A stretch of DNA of 63,169 bases, counting the filler, from an uncultured bacterium (GTDB lineage Bacteria > CAZDME01 > JAYEMH01): NCBI GenBank assembly GCA_964506785.1. It is 8 parts of 8 records of this genome, joined end to end, with 100 filler letters (N's around TTAATTAATTAA, not from the genome) between each part and the next. Parts side by side here need not be neighbours in the genome. Positions count along the whole stretch, not along the records: positions 48,676 to 55,951 come from CAZDME010000062.1; positions 56,052 to 63,169 come from CAZDME010000064.1; 6 more parts are not named here. One strand, 5' to 3'. Of this stretch, positions 50,369-59,522 are shown one piece after another. The notes below the pieces were generated by a model. It worked only from the letters and a program-made list of their open reading frames with translations, was not told the DNA's origin and searched no databases. Numbering within the stretch: position 1 is the first letter of the stretch; the number at the start of each line of letters is the position of its first letter. Made by a program: the position numbers and the translations under genes.

Positions 50369-51736
50369 TTAGATAAGGCTAAAAACCCAAATAGCGATGC
50401 GGAAATAAATAAGAAGAGTGGTAATGTCAATGATGGTGCTGATTAAGGGGCCGGAACTAATAGCCGGATCCACTCCTAATTTTTTAAAAAGGAGCGGCAA
50501 AACAGCGCCAATGGTCGTGGCCACCGATATGACGGCAATCATCGTTAAAGCAACACTTAAACCGAGTAAGGTATCCCCTTGAAAAATTAAAGCTCTCACG
50601 GCCGCTAATATTCCGATGACAGACCCTATCAACAAGCCAATCAATAGTTCCTTCCGAATAATCCGCCAGATATCTCCAAAGTTAAGCTCTCCGGTAGCCA
50701 ATCCTCTGACTACCACCGTAGCCGCCTGCGTCCCGGCGCCACCGCCTGTATTCATTAAAAGGGGGATAAAAAAAACCAGAGCCATAGTCGTGCTGAGCAC
50801 GGCTGTATTTTTTTCCATGACAAAACCAGAAAACAAACTGGCAACAACTAAAACTAAAAGCCAGCTGATTCGATGCCGCGCCATAGAAACTATATTGGCT
50901 TGGAAATAATTTTCTACCGGTTTAGTTAAGGCGCCAAAATGATACATGTCTTCGGTAGATTCGTCTTCCATAACGTCAAGCACATCATCAACGGTAATAA
51001 TCCCTTTCATCTTTTTCTGCTTATCCACGACAGGAAGAGCTAAAAAATCATAACGGGATATTTTGCGGGCAACATGCTCCTGATCCATATTTACCGGCAC
51101 AGAGATGATATGGCGATGCATTATCCTGGAAATAGGTAAAGCCGGGTCAGCCACCACTAATTCCTTTAAAGAAAAAACGCCAATAAGCCTATCCTGTTTG
51201 TCTAAAACGTAAAGGTAATAAATGGTTTCTAAGTCTTTGGCTAAGGCGCGGATTTTCTCCAGGGTTTCTCCCGCGGTATTATCTGGAGAGAAATGGGCAA
51301 ATTCTGTGGTCATCCGCCCGGCGGCAGTATTACTGTCATAACCGATTAATTCCTGGACGTCACGGGCCTCTTCATGCTCCATGATGCTTAAGAACTCTTT
51401 TACCATTCCTGCAGGCAAAACAGAAAATAAGTCAACCCGCTCATCCGAAGAAATTTTATTAAGAAGTTTAGCGCTTTCCGCGCGAGGCAAAGATTTAAGA
51501 AGAGCGGTTTGAATTAAACGGGGTAAATTTTCAAAAATATCAGCGGCAAAATCTTTATCCCAATTATTGAACAGAAATTGACGTTCTTTTGCCTTTAAAT
51601 GCTTAAGCACCTCAGCAATTTCTACCGGCTCGAATTCCTCCCAGATATCCTTAAGCTCTTCTAACTTCTTCTCGTCAATCAATTCTTTTATCTCCGGTAA
51701 AATTAAATTAACCCGAGAAATTTGTTTGTTTTTCAT
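50369..51736 (-). CDS. mgtE: Magnesium transporter MgtE
   Basis: AAGRMTTE, CBS pair, GIITVDDV, GTQA, DPAISSGPLISTIID. Confidence 0.96.
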   Translation of the reverse strand: MKNKQISRVNLILPEIKELIDEKKLEELKDIWEEFEPVEIAEVLKHLKAKERQFLFNNWDKDFAADIFENLPRLIQTALLKSLPRAESAKLLNKISSDERVDLFSVLPAGMVKEFLSIMEHEEARDVQELIGYDSNTAAGRMTTEFAHFSPDNTAGETLEKIRALAKDLETIYYLYVLDKQDRLIGVFSLKELVVADPALPISRIMHRHIISVPVNMDQEHVARKISRYDFLALPVVDKQKKMKGIITVDDVLDVMEDESTEDMYHFGALTKPVENYFQANIVSMARHRISWLLVLVVASLFSGFVMEKNTAVLSTTMALVFFIPLLMNTGGGAGTQAATVVVRGLATGELNFGDIWRIIRKELLIGLLIGSVIGILAAVRALIFQGDTLLGLSVALTMIAVISVATTIGAVLPLLFKKLGVDPAISSGPLISTIIDITTLLIYFRIAIWVFSLI

Positions 51737-51884
51737 CTCTAATTCTCCTCGCCTGTCGACAGAAAGGCTATTTTAATTTCTATTATTCGATTTTGAATGT
51801 ATGCGGGCTCAACCCCGCGCGCCATAAGTTATTATATCACAAAACGTTTAAGCGAAGACAAAAAATCTCAAGGATTATAACTTC

Positions 51885-51913
51885 TTGACACCTGCCTTAT
51901 ATGCCGATATAAT
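51885..51913 (+). promoter_or_regulatory. Consensus sigma70 promoter of pilin cassette B
   Basis: TTGACA-N17-TATAAT. Confidence 0.8.
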
Positions 51914-51934
51914 TTTCTTAGGGGAAGCGGTAAA

Positions 51935-52384
51935 ATGGGTAAGTATTTTTTTAAATCCTTATTTAAACCTAACTCCGGCGTCACCTTAATTGAAAGTGTT
52001 GTCGCAATTTTTCTCACCTTGACCGCCTTTGCCGCCTTGTTTCAGATGTTTTCCTTTGGCTACCTCCGGGTAAAGGGGGTAAAAAACCGCCTCAGCGCTA
52101 TCCATCTTTGCCAGGAGAAAATGGAAAGTCTCCTTGACCTACCCTATACATCCATTGCTCTTTATTCCCAAACCCAGGAAGAAGTAACAATAGATTACGG
52201 GGCCGATTCTTCTTCAGATGAAGATGACCTGAAAGGCACCCGCACTGTCCAGACACTGGAGGATTGGATAGTTGATGAAGAGTTGGTTGGCAAGAAAGTT
52301 ATTATCACCGTTGCCTGGAAACGGAACAATAAAGATTTAAGCGAGACCCTGATTACCGCCGTTTATGACGGCCATAACCAATAG
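51935..52384 (+). CDS. PilV-like minor pilin (cassette B gene 1)
   Basis: NSG|VTLIESVV; paralog of 6912..7370. Confidence 0.82.
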   Translation: MGKYFFKSLFKPNSGVTLIESVVAIFLTLTAFAALFQMFSFGYLRVKGVKNRLSAIHLCQEKMESLLDLPYTSIALYSQTQEEVTIDYGADSSSDEDDLKGTRTVQTLEDWIVDEELVGKKVIITVAWKRNNKDLSETLITAVYDGHNQ

Positions 52385-52390
52385 GTTAAA

Positions 52391-52912
52391 ATGAAAAGAA
52401 ACGAAACCCTGTTAAAGAAAATACCTCAAGGAATGGCAGGTTTCACCCTGGTAGAAGTAGTCATTGCTATCATTGTTGTCACCCTGGTTATCGCCGGCCT
52501 GATAGCAAGTTATCTGGTTATTCAGCGCAATTGGCAGGGCGGCTCAAAGCAAATAATTGTCCAGGGGCAGGGCCGGCTGGCTTTAAATCATATCTGCCGG
52601 CACATTCGGGAAGCAAGCAATCTCGGAGTATCAAACCTGGGCAGAACCCTGGTCATAATTCGGCTGGATGGAGGTAGCCTTGCTTATAAATATGATGAAC
52701 AGAGTCATACCTTGAATTACTACCCTGATTGGTCAGATCAGACTTCCAAGGAAGTACTGGTCAATAATCTGTATAAACAGCCGGGTAACCCAATTTTCCT
52801 AAGAAGCGGCTCCCGGAAAGTATATATTCACTTTAGAGTGATAGACGTAAACCAAATAGACGGCTATCAAGGGATAGACTTGTCCTCTTCTGCTTACAGC
52901 CGGAATATGTGA
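52391..52912 (+). CDS. PilW-like minor pilin (cassette B gene 2)
   Basis: MAG|FTLVEVV; shares DGYQGIDLSSxAYxRN C-terminus with 6386..6904. Confidence 0.82.
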   Translation: MKRNETLLKKIPQGMAGFTLVEVVIAIIVVTLVIAGLIASYLVIQRNWQGGSKQIIVQGQGRLALNHICRHIREASNLGVSNLGRTLVIIRLDGGSLAYKYDEQSHTLNYYPDWSDQTSKEVLVNNLYKQPGNPIFLRSGSRKVYIHFRVIDVNQIDGYQGIDLSSSAYSRNM

Positions 52913-52930
52913 TAAAAGGAATCAATAAAG

Positions 52931-53155
52931 ATGCCTGCCTCAGGAATAGAAGCAAAAAAAAGGCAAAAAGGGATGGTAGTAATGTTGGTTATCGTTTTCA
53001 TGTTCCTTTGTTTCCTGGCCGGAGGGACATATTTAGTGGTAGTCACCAATGAATGCCGGCTGATGAAGAAAGAAATAGATTCTATAAAGGCCTTTTACCT
53101 CTCTCAAGCGGGAATAGAATACGGCCTCTGGCAGATAAAAAAGCAAAACCCTTAA
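52931..53155 (+). CDS. PilX-like minor pilin, N-terminal helix only (60 aa mature; cassette B gene 3)
   Basis: QKG|MVVML lacking Glu+5; AFYLSQAGIEYG; stop after KQNP. Confidence 0.8.
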   Translation: MPASGIEAKKRQKGMVVMLVIVFMFLCFLAGGTYLVVVTNECRLMKKEIDSIKAFYLSQAGIEYGLWQIKKQNP

Positions 53156-53162
53156 ACTAAAT

Positions 53163-53192
53163 TTGCTTTTAGCCCTTCCTTTATGGTATAAT
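53163..53192 (+). promoter_or_regulatory. Internal sigma70-type promoter
   Basis: TTGCTT-N18-TATAAT; TTTATGGTATAATCATTATGGAGA is identical to cassette A. Confidence 0.7.
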
Positions 53193-53237
53193 CATTATGG
53201 AGAAAAAGGGTAGAGAAACAAAGGGGAGGCAAATAAA

Positions 53238-54605
53238 ATGAGGACAAAAAGGGGTAGTAAAAGGGTAATAAAAAGTGTATTATTTTTAAGCTTAGCCAGT
53301 GTAGTATGTATCTTCTTTGTCAATTTGGCTGAAGCCGCTGAAATCCAGCATTATACGATACCTCCCTTAGCAAAAGGCACCGCCCCGATTGAGGTAGAAA
53401 TAAAGGTAAAGACCGATTGGCTTGATGCTCAAGGAGAGCCCTGGACAGGCCCTGAAGCTGGAGATAGACATAAGTGCTTTGAAGTGAAAAGTAAAGGCCA
53501 AGATATTTCAGGGAAAACAGCAAAGCACACTAAAGTTGACACGGAACTGGCTACATCTTTCGATAAAGTTATCGTGCCGGATGACTTTCCGCCTAATCCT
53601 GATCCCCCGCCAGGTCCTGCACCTGCTCCTAATGTCTGGTTAATGCCCCAGCTTGTTAGCGCGAACTACATGCAGCCTGAAATCTTGGCTGTTTCAGCTA
53701 CTGCTTTATCAAATATGCGTTGGTGGGGTGGAGACCCTTTTAGTGCTAATATAGACCCTTTAATCGACAGAATTTACTTTGAGTCTGAAGTAGACGGAAA
53801 TTACGAAAGAATATGGGAAACTCCCTTGGGTTGGACAAGACCTTCTGATTTTGATCAAAAGAAAAACGAGACAATACAATATTTAAAAGAAAACGGTTAT
53901 GATTATCTGCCTCAATCTACATTAGGAACTATTGCCGAAGATGCGGTTGATTGGTCTCAAAGTTATTTTTCGGAGGATCATCCGCTATTAGAAGAGGAAC
54001 GAAGTCTCGGTGTTATGCCGGCACGTTATTATAGATTGCCCGATGGAACTCAAATCATATTTAATTTCAGGACAGACTATAGTGCTGCGGGACAACTCTA
54101 CATCCCCACCTCAACCGACCATGTTGAAGACGTAGCCCAGGGGGCCAATCTTGATAAATATGCGGGGGTAACAAGTCTAGACGCAGGCGATATGAAAAAT
54201 TCCCCGCAACAGACGACACCTCAAGAAACATTACCAGCTACCCGAGAAGAGGAACAGACAGCTATGATAATGCAAGCCCTGCAAGCAGCAGCAAATTATC
54301 AACCGAGACAAAGCGTACAAGAAACATTTTCTGAAAAAAGTTCCAGTGGCACCACTTATTATAGCCCTAGTAGTTCTTCTTCTGCTTCCAGCAATCCCAG
54401 CGCAACAACTCCTGTAGTAAATTCTTTAGCAATCGGCCTATCCAGTCTTTTCCAAAATGGCACGATTCAAAAAAGTTCCAGTGGCACTTATTATAGCCCT
54501 AGTAGTTCTTCTAGCTTTACTTCTTATGGTAATGCTACCTCTTCTGGCAGCACTGGTACTAGAACGAACCTCTATGATAGAACGAACCCTTATAGATTTT
54601 GGTAA
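53238..54605 (+). CDS. 455-aa signal-peptide protein with PilX-like globular region and Ser-rich tail (cassette B gene 4)
   Basis: GGAGG RBS; signal peptide ending AEA; FEVKSKG...TKVDTEL; Pro-rich linker; duplicated KSSSGT(T)YYSPSSSSS. Confidence 0.78.
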   Translation: MRTKRGSKRVIKSVLFLSLASVVCIFFVNLAEAAEIQHYTIPPLAKGTAPIEVEIKVKTDWLDAQGEPWTGPEAGDRHKCFEVKSKGQDISGKTAKHTKVDTELATSFDKVIVPDDFPPNPDPPPGPAPAPNVWLMPQLVSANYMQPEILAVSATALSNMRWWGGDPFSANIDPLIDRIYFESEVDGNYERIWETPLGWTRPSDFDQKKNETIQYLKENGYDYLPQSTLGTIAEDAVDWSQSYFSEDHPLLEEERSLGVMPARYYRLPDGTQIIFNFRTDYSAAGQLYIPTSTDHVEDVAQGANLDKYAGVTSLDAGDMKNSPQQTTPQETLPATREEEQTAMIMQALQAAANYQPRQSVQETFSEKSSSGTTYYSPSSSSSASSNPSATTPVVNSLAIGLSSLFQNGTIQKSSSGTYYSPSSSSSFTSYGNATSSGSTGTRTNLYDRTNPYRFW

Positions 54606-54629
54606 TCTTGAAGAATAAGGTGCATTAAG

Positions 54630-54815
54630 ATGTTAAAAAAAATAATAACCGTGCTTATTTTAGCCTTACTTTTCTGGGGATTATCTTCAGAAATTTCCCG
54701 AATTTGGGCTAAAGTTGTATATATACGCGGGGATACTGAAATCAATATTACCCGCTGGAAAGAAATCGTTCAATGGAACGAAGAAACTGACGAAGAAAAA
54801 CTATCCTCTAACTAA
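54630..54815 (+). CDS. 61-aa secreted micro-protein with EINITRWKE motif (cassette B gene 5)
   Basis: Signal peptide MLKKII...IWA; paralog of 4493..4654. Confidence 0.75.
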   Translation: MLKKIITVLILALLFWGLSSEISRIWAKVVYIRGDTEINITRWKEIVQWNEETDEEKLSSN

Positions 54816-54821
54816 ATCAAT

Positions 54822-55577
54822 ATGGCTAAATTAAAACAGAAAAGAGGAAGCAACTTGAAAAATGCTTCCTTATTTTTTTTGATTATTATAACCTTCCCTT
54901 TTATCTTTCTGGCTAAAGGCGAAACAGCTACTTTTAAAAGAAAACCCACCAGTCCAGAATACTCTACTATCACCCTATGCATACCAAATGAGAAAGGCAA
55001 TATCGTTAACTTCTGGGTAGAAGACTTAGTCAAAGATGATTCTGGAAAATCAAAGATTATCGGAATAATTGTTTGTGATAAAAACGGCCTACCCCAATAT
55101 TATATGGATGAAAACCAAAAGGTAAAAGCCCGCTACCTCTGGCAATCGGATGCTCAAGGCAATTTACAGAATCTAAAAATAGTGGAGGTAGAAACGGCCG
55201 CTGAAGGCAAAGAAATCGTTACCAAAAGCTGGAAATATGATTCTGAGGGGAAACTGGAATATCGGACTGATGCTGAAGGCAAAATAATAAAACCTTTAAA
55301 AGAAGAAGTTTCTTTCGATCCTCCACGCGAAATGGAAATCTTAGATAACACCAAAATTATTGCCCAAACAATTCCCGAGAGACATAAAAAGATAGAAAAC
55401 AAGAAAGAAAAAACTTCTTTAAAAAATAAGGATTCTTTATTGCAAGCAAAAAAACGCTATCCCTTCCCCAAGTTTATGCTTGGTCAAACCGGGTTCATTA
55501 TCTATGTAGCGGTTTTTGCTCTTTTTGCCGGAGCGGTGGTGGGTTTTATAGTTTATACTTTCCATAGCAGTAAATAG
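54822..55577 (+). CDS. Exported, C-terminally anchored protein (cassette B gene 6)
   Basis: Paralog of 3689..4477. Confidence 0.8.
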   Translation: MAKLKQKRGSNLKNASLFFLIIITFPFIFLAKGETATFKRKPTSPEYSTITLCIPNEKGNIVNFWVEDLVKDDSGKSKIIGIIVCDKNGLPQYYMDENQKVKARYLWQSDAQGNLQNLKIVEVETAAEGKEIVTKSWKYDSEGKLEYRTDAEGKIIKPLKEEVSFDPPREMEILDNTKIIAQTIPERHKKIENKKEKTSLKNKDSLLQAKKRYPFPKFMLGQTGFIIYVAVFALFAGAVVGFIVYTFHSSK

Positions 55578-55661
55578 TCTTTATATATACAGAAATCGGA
55601 AAAATTTGACTTTGTTGCAATAATATGTTATATAATATATGAACAGTTTATAATAGGTAAA

Positions 55662-55797
55662 ATTTCGATAAAGGCAATCTGCCATGATTTCCGCTACAAA
55701 AGTCAGCGGATAAGTATGGCAGAGCGCAAAACCACGGGTCCGAGTAAAGGATAGCCGAGTTGCCGAAACAGGAAGCAATTCGGCTTTTTGTTTTTTT
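55662..55797 (+). ncRNA. Atypical c-di-GMP-I riboswitch with extended P2 and terminator
   Basis: TCGATAAAGGCAA-TCTGCCAT...ATGGCAGA-GCGCAAAACC...TAGCCGAGTTGCCGAA; terminator AGCCGAGTTGC/GCAATTCGGCT followed by a T tract. Confidence 0.8.
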
Positions 55798-55798
55798 C

Positions 55799-55847
55799 AA
55801 AGGACAGCCGGGTTGCCGGAAGCTAAGGTAATCCGGTTGATTTTTAT
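55799..55847 (+). promoter_or_regulatory. Second c-di-GMP-I 3' half embedded in its own terminator-like hairpin
   Basis: GGACAGCCGGGTTGCCG...GGTAATCCGGTT-GATTTTT. Confidence 0.65.
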
Positions 55848-55858
55848 AGGAAAAACTA

Positions 55859-55951
55859 ATGCAAATCTGGCAAAATAAAAAATCAATATTTAGAATAATT
55901 GCTTCAGCAGCAATATTTCTCTTTATTCTATCCCAGACAGAAATTGCCTGG
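55859..55951 (+). CDS. Secreted protein, 3'-truncated (signal peptide only)
   Basis: MQIWQNKKSIFRIIASAAIFLFILSQTEIAW runs into the contig end; AGGA RBS. Confidence 0.65.
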
Positions 55952-56051
55952 NNNNNNNNNNNNNNNNNNNNNNNNNNNNNNNNNNNNNNNNNNNNTTAAT
56001 TAATTAANNNNNNNNNNNNNNNNNNNNNNNNNNNNNNNNNNNNNNNNNNNN
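55952..56051. other. Artificial contig linker 7
   Basis: N-run with TTAATTAATTAA. Confidence 0.99.
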
Positions 56052-56052
56052 A

Positions 56053-58188
56053 TACACCGGAAGTTTCGGCCATATTTCCACCTGCAGTTTCTATCCGGCG
56101 CATCATATGAGTTGTTCTAAAACTACTCCAATTCCATATTTAAATGAGAAAGGGAAATGGCAGTTAGATAAAATTGAGAAAATATACGAAGAATATGCCG
56201 ATAAACCTAATAAGATAAGGGTACTTTCATTTAGCAGAAATAACAAAGTAGAATGGTCTATACCATCGGCAGTTTTGAGGCACAAGCTCGGTACAAAAAA
56301 AATGTTAAGAATAGTATGCCAACATGGGAGAGAGGTTGAAGTAACGGAAGATCATAGCGTCTTTGTTTTAGATAAAAATACAGCGAAAGTTATTCCCAAA
56401 TTTGCCAAGGATATAAAAGAGGATGATTATATTGTCGCAACCAATAAAATTTCTCAACCTAGCCAAACAGAATATATAGATATCTTGAGTTATTTTAAGG
56501 ATAAAGATGCTTATGTTTCGAATTTTTCGCACTCAAATCTTAGATATGTAAAAAATGCTGACTACAGATGGCAGTTTAAGATAAGAAATTCACTACCTAT
56601 TAAATATCTACGGGAATACAATTCACAAACAGAGAAATTAACGGTTGGAATTTTACAATCAAATAAGATACCGGTTCATATTCCGATCAATAGAGAATTA
56701 TGCCGCCTTATAGGGTACTTTATTGCTGAAGGGTCTTATCAAAATGGAATAGTATTTTCCTTTAATGCCAAAGAAAAAGATTTAATAAAAGATGTGGAGA
56801 GAATCGTGAAGTCAGTTTTTGGTCTCTCAACTTCTGTAACAAGAATTAAAAACACAGCCGTAAATGTCGAAGTTAATTCGAAGAATGTAGAAAAAGTCTT
56901 TAAAGATATTTTTGGAATCAAAGGTGGAGCTCGCAAAAAAAGGATTCCTTGGTTTATTTATCACTCTAATGAAAGCTGCATACACTCTTTTATCTATGGG
57001 TATACAAGGGGAGACGGGTCTGTTAGAAAAATGAAAGACAATATAAACCGTATAGATGTTACAAGTGTTTCAAAAAAGTTATTGAACGATTTCCAATATC
57101 TTTTATCCATGGTGAGCATTAGTGCTTCTTTTTATAGGAGAAATGTTGCAGAAAAGAAAAAAATTGGGAAGATTGAAACGACTGGGAAAGAAAATTATTC
57201 TTTGTGTTTCAGTGGATATGTTTATAAGGACAAAACAATTGTAAAACAAAATACAAAAGATAGAAATAATGTTTCGGTCCAGATACCGTTGTTATCCAAA
57301 TTTCGAAAATACATTTGTGTCGGCAAAAAACAAAAGATAATATCTAAAAACAGATTAAAGGAGTATCTTAAATCTAATAAAGAATTATATTCGTTGGTTA
57401 CAGGCGAGATTTGCTTTTTAAAAATTAGAAGTATAAAAGAAATCTCTTATGGTAATAATGAATATGTTTACGATATTTCAGTCCCGGGAAAAGAGAACTT
57501 CTATGGTGGATTTCTTGGTATATTCTTACACAATACAATGGGCGAAGGCGGAGCAGTTTTAACCAGTGATCCTCTGTTGAGAAAGATAATACTTTCATTC
57601 AGGGATTGGGGCAGGGATTGCTGGTGTGAACCGGGGCATGATAATACCTGCGGCAGAAGATTTTCTCAGCAGCACGGGAAACTCCCCTTTGGCTATGACC
57701 ATAAATATGTCTATTCGCATATTGGCTATAATTTAAAAGTTACGGATATGCAGGCAGCAATTGGAGTTGCCCAGTTGAAAAAACTTAATGGGTTTATTAA
57801 AGCAAGGAAGGAAAATTTCTGGTTTCTTTACAAAAACTTAAGAAAATACGGGGAATATTTTATTTTACCTCAAGCGGCAAACCAATCTGAAGCGAGTTGG
57901 TTCGGCTTCCCGATTCTAATTAAGAAAAATGCGCCGTTTAACCGAGGGGAAATCGTTCGTCATTTAGAAAAAAATAAAATTGCGACACGAATGCTTTTTG
58001 GGGGGAATTTAACAAAACAGCCGGCTTATAAAAATATAAAAAGCAGGGTTTTCGGTGAATTAAATAATACGGATTTTGTTATGAATAATCTTTTCTGGAT
58101 TGGTGTCTACCCGGCACTGACAAAACCAATGCTTATTTTTGTTATAAAGTGTTTTAAAAACTTTTTTGAAAAAAAACCTGTAAAATAA
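56053..58188 (+). CDS. rfbH: RfbH/DdhC-type NDP-4-keto-6-deoxyglucose 3-dehydratase, 5'-truncated, intein-containing
   Basis: Exteins rejoin as [55 protein letters not shown]. Confidence 0.92.
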   Translation, partial: YTGSFGHISTCSFYPAHHMSCSKTTPIPYLNEKGKWQLDKIEKIYEEYADKPNKIRVLSFSRNNKVEWSIPSAVLRHKLGTKKMLRIVCQHGREVEVTEDHSVFVLDKNTAKVIPKFAKDIKEDDYIVATNKISQPSQTEYIDILSYFKDKDAYVSNFSHSNLRYVKNADYRWQFKIRNSLPIKYLREYNSQTEKLTVGILQSNKIPVHIPINRELCRLIGYFIAEGSYQNGIVFSFNAKEKDLIKDVERIVKSVFGLSTSVTRIKNTAVNVEVNSKNVEKVFKDIFGIKGGARKKRIPWFIYHSNESCIHSFIYGYTRGDGSVRKMKDNINRIDVTSVSKKLLNDFQYLLSMVSISASFYRRNVAEKKKIGKIETTGKENYSLCFSGYVYKDKTIVKQNTKDRNNVSVQIPLLSKFRKYICVGKKQKIISKNRLKEYLKSNKELYSLVTGEICFLKIRSIKEISYGNNEYVYDISVPGKENFYGGFLGIFLHNTMGEGGAVLTSDPLLRKIILSFRDWGRDCWCEPGHDNTCGRRFSQQHGKLPFGYDHKYVYSHIGYNLKVTDMQAAIGVAQLKKLNGFIKARKENFWFLYKNLRKYGEYFILPQAANQSEASWFGFPILIKKNAPFNRGEIVRHLEKNKIATRMLFGGNLTKQPAYKNIKSRVFGELNNTDFVMNNLFWIGVYPALTKPMLIFVIKCFKNFFEKKPVK
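56110..57534 (+). mobile_element. 475-aa intein with dual LAGLIDADG homing endonuclease
   Basis: N-terminal SCSKTT; block [15 protein letters not shown] and [10 protein letters not shown]; block F VYDISV; terminal HN followed by +1 Thr. Confidence 0.93.
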
Positions 58189-58212
58189 GGAGACTTTTAA
58201 TATAAAGGAAAT

Positions 58213-59325
58213 ATGCGTATTGGAATGGATGTGCGGGTTTTAAGCTTTGGCGAAACGGGCTTCAGCCGCTATATCAATAATCTCTTGAAACATTTAGTTG
58301 AGTTAGACAGAGAAAACACCTATACCCTTTATTTGAATCGGTCCCAAAGGATTGAGGCAATTGAAGGGAATAATAATTTCTTGGTAAGGGTAATTAATGG
58401 CCCTTTCCTGATTTATAAATCCCTGCTTCTGCCGTTTTATCTCTGGAGAGACAAAATTGAAATTTTTCACTCAATGACACATGATTTGCCGCCTTTTGTT
58501 TTTTGTAAAAAGATAATTACATTCTATGATTTGAATGTTGAATTTCTAAGGCGATTATATATTCCCAAGCTGCGGCTGTTATCCTATTTTAGGATATCCA
58601 GGCTTTCAGCTCGTTTTGCCGATAAAATAATTGCTATTTCTACTAATACAAAAACTGATTTGGTGAAATTATATAAAGTCCCGGCAGAGAAAATACAAGT
58701 GATCCTTCTGGCGGCGGAAGAAACCTTCCGGCCGGAGAATAAAGAATCAGCCAGGGGAAAAATCAAAAAAAATTTCGGAATTCAACCCCCATTTATTCTT
58801 TATGTCGGACAGATTAGGGTTCAGAAAAATGTCCCCCGGCTCTTAGACGCTTTCAAAAAAATAAAAGAGAAGGGGTTCCCGCATAGATTAGTCTTAGTCG
58901 GCAGCCATAACACGGGGAGCGAATTTTATGACCTTGCTTCAGAGATTGAAAAACGCGGGTTAAAGGACGAAGTAATTCACATTTCTAATTGTAACAGGAC
59001 CGAGGATTTAGCTTCATTTTATAATGCGGCCGATTTATTTACCTACCTTTCTTTATATGAAGGCTTTGGACTTCCGGTTCTTGAAGCGATGGCCTGCGGG
59101 ACAGCGGTTGTGGCTTCTCGAGTTGCCTCAATTCCCGAAGTGGCCGGAGGCGCCGGTATTTTAATAAATCCCTATAATGTAGATGAAATAGCGCAAACTC
59201 TATATCGGGTTTTGAAAGACAATGATTTGCGGAACGAATTAATCGATAAAGGACTAAAAAGGGTAACAAAATTCTCCTGGCTAAGAACTGCCCAGGAGAC
59301 TTTATCCTTATATAAAAAATGTTGA
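58213..59325 (+). CDS. GT4 glycosyltransferase (MtfB-like)
   Basis: TGFSRY, YVGQIRVQKN, SLYEGFGLPVLEAMACG. Confidence 0.94.
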   Translation: MRIGMDVRVLSFGETGFSRYINNLLKHLVELDRENTYTLYLNRSQRIEAIEGNNNFLVRVINGPFLIYKSLLLPFYLWRDKIEIFHSMTHDLPPFVFCKKIITFYDLNVEFLRRLYIPKLRLLSYFRISRLSARFADKIIAISTNTKTDLVKLYKVPAEKIQVILLAAEETFRPENKESARGKIKKNFGIQPPFILYVGQIRVQKNVPRLLDAFKKIKEKGFPHRLVLVGSHNTGSEFYDLASEIEKRGLKDEVIHISNCNRTEDLASFYNAADLFTYLSLYEGFGLPVLEAMACGTAVVASRVASIPEVAGGAGILINPYNVDEIAQTLYRVLKDNDLRNELIDKGLKRVTKFSWLRTAQETLSLYKKC

Positions 59326-59522
59326 ACTGTTTATGACATTGTCACCGGCTATATTTGATTTTCCCCTGTTTGATGAATGCATTATTTCAGGATGTTTGCT
59401 TAAGCAATATCTGTCAGTTCAGGAAATTTGCAGCATTTTTAAAAAGATGATATAATGATAAGCTTCAAGCGTTTTTTAATGTTGTGAACAGCAGTATTTA
59501 AAAACCATTTAAGGAGGTAAAT

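Noticed and set aside
8820-56051. Seven identical TTAATTAATTAA palindromes within N-runs
   Set aside because: Artificial six-frame-stop contig linkers. ORFs running into them (24984, 25393, 41091) are truncations, and adjacency across them is meaningless.
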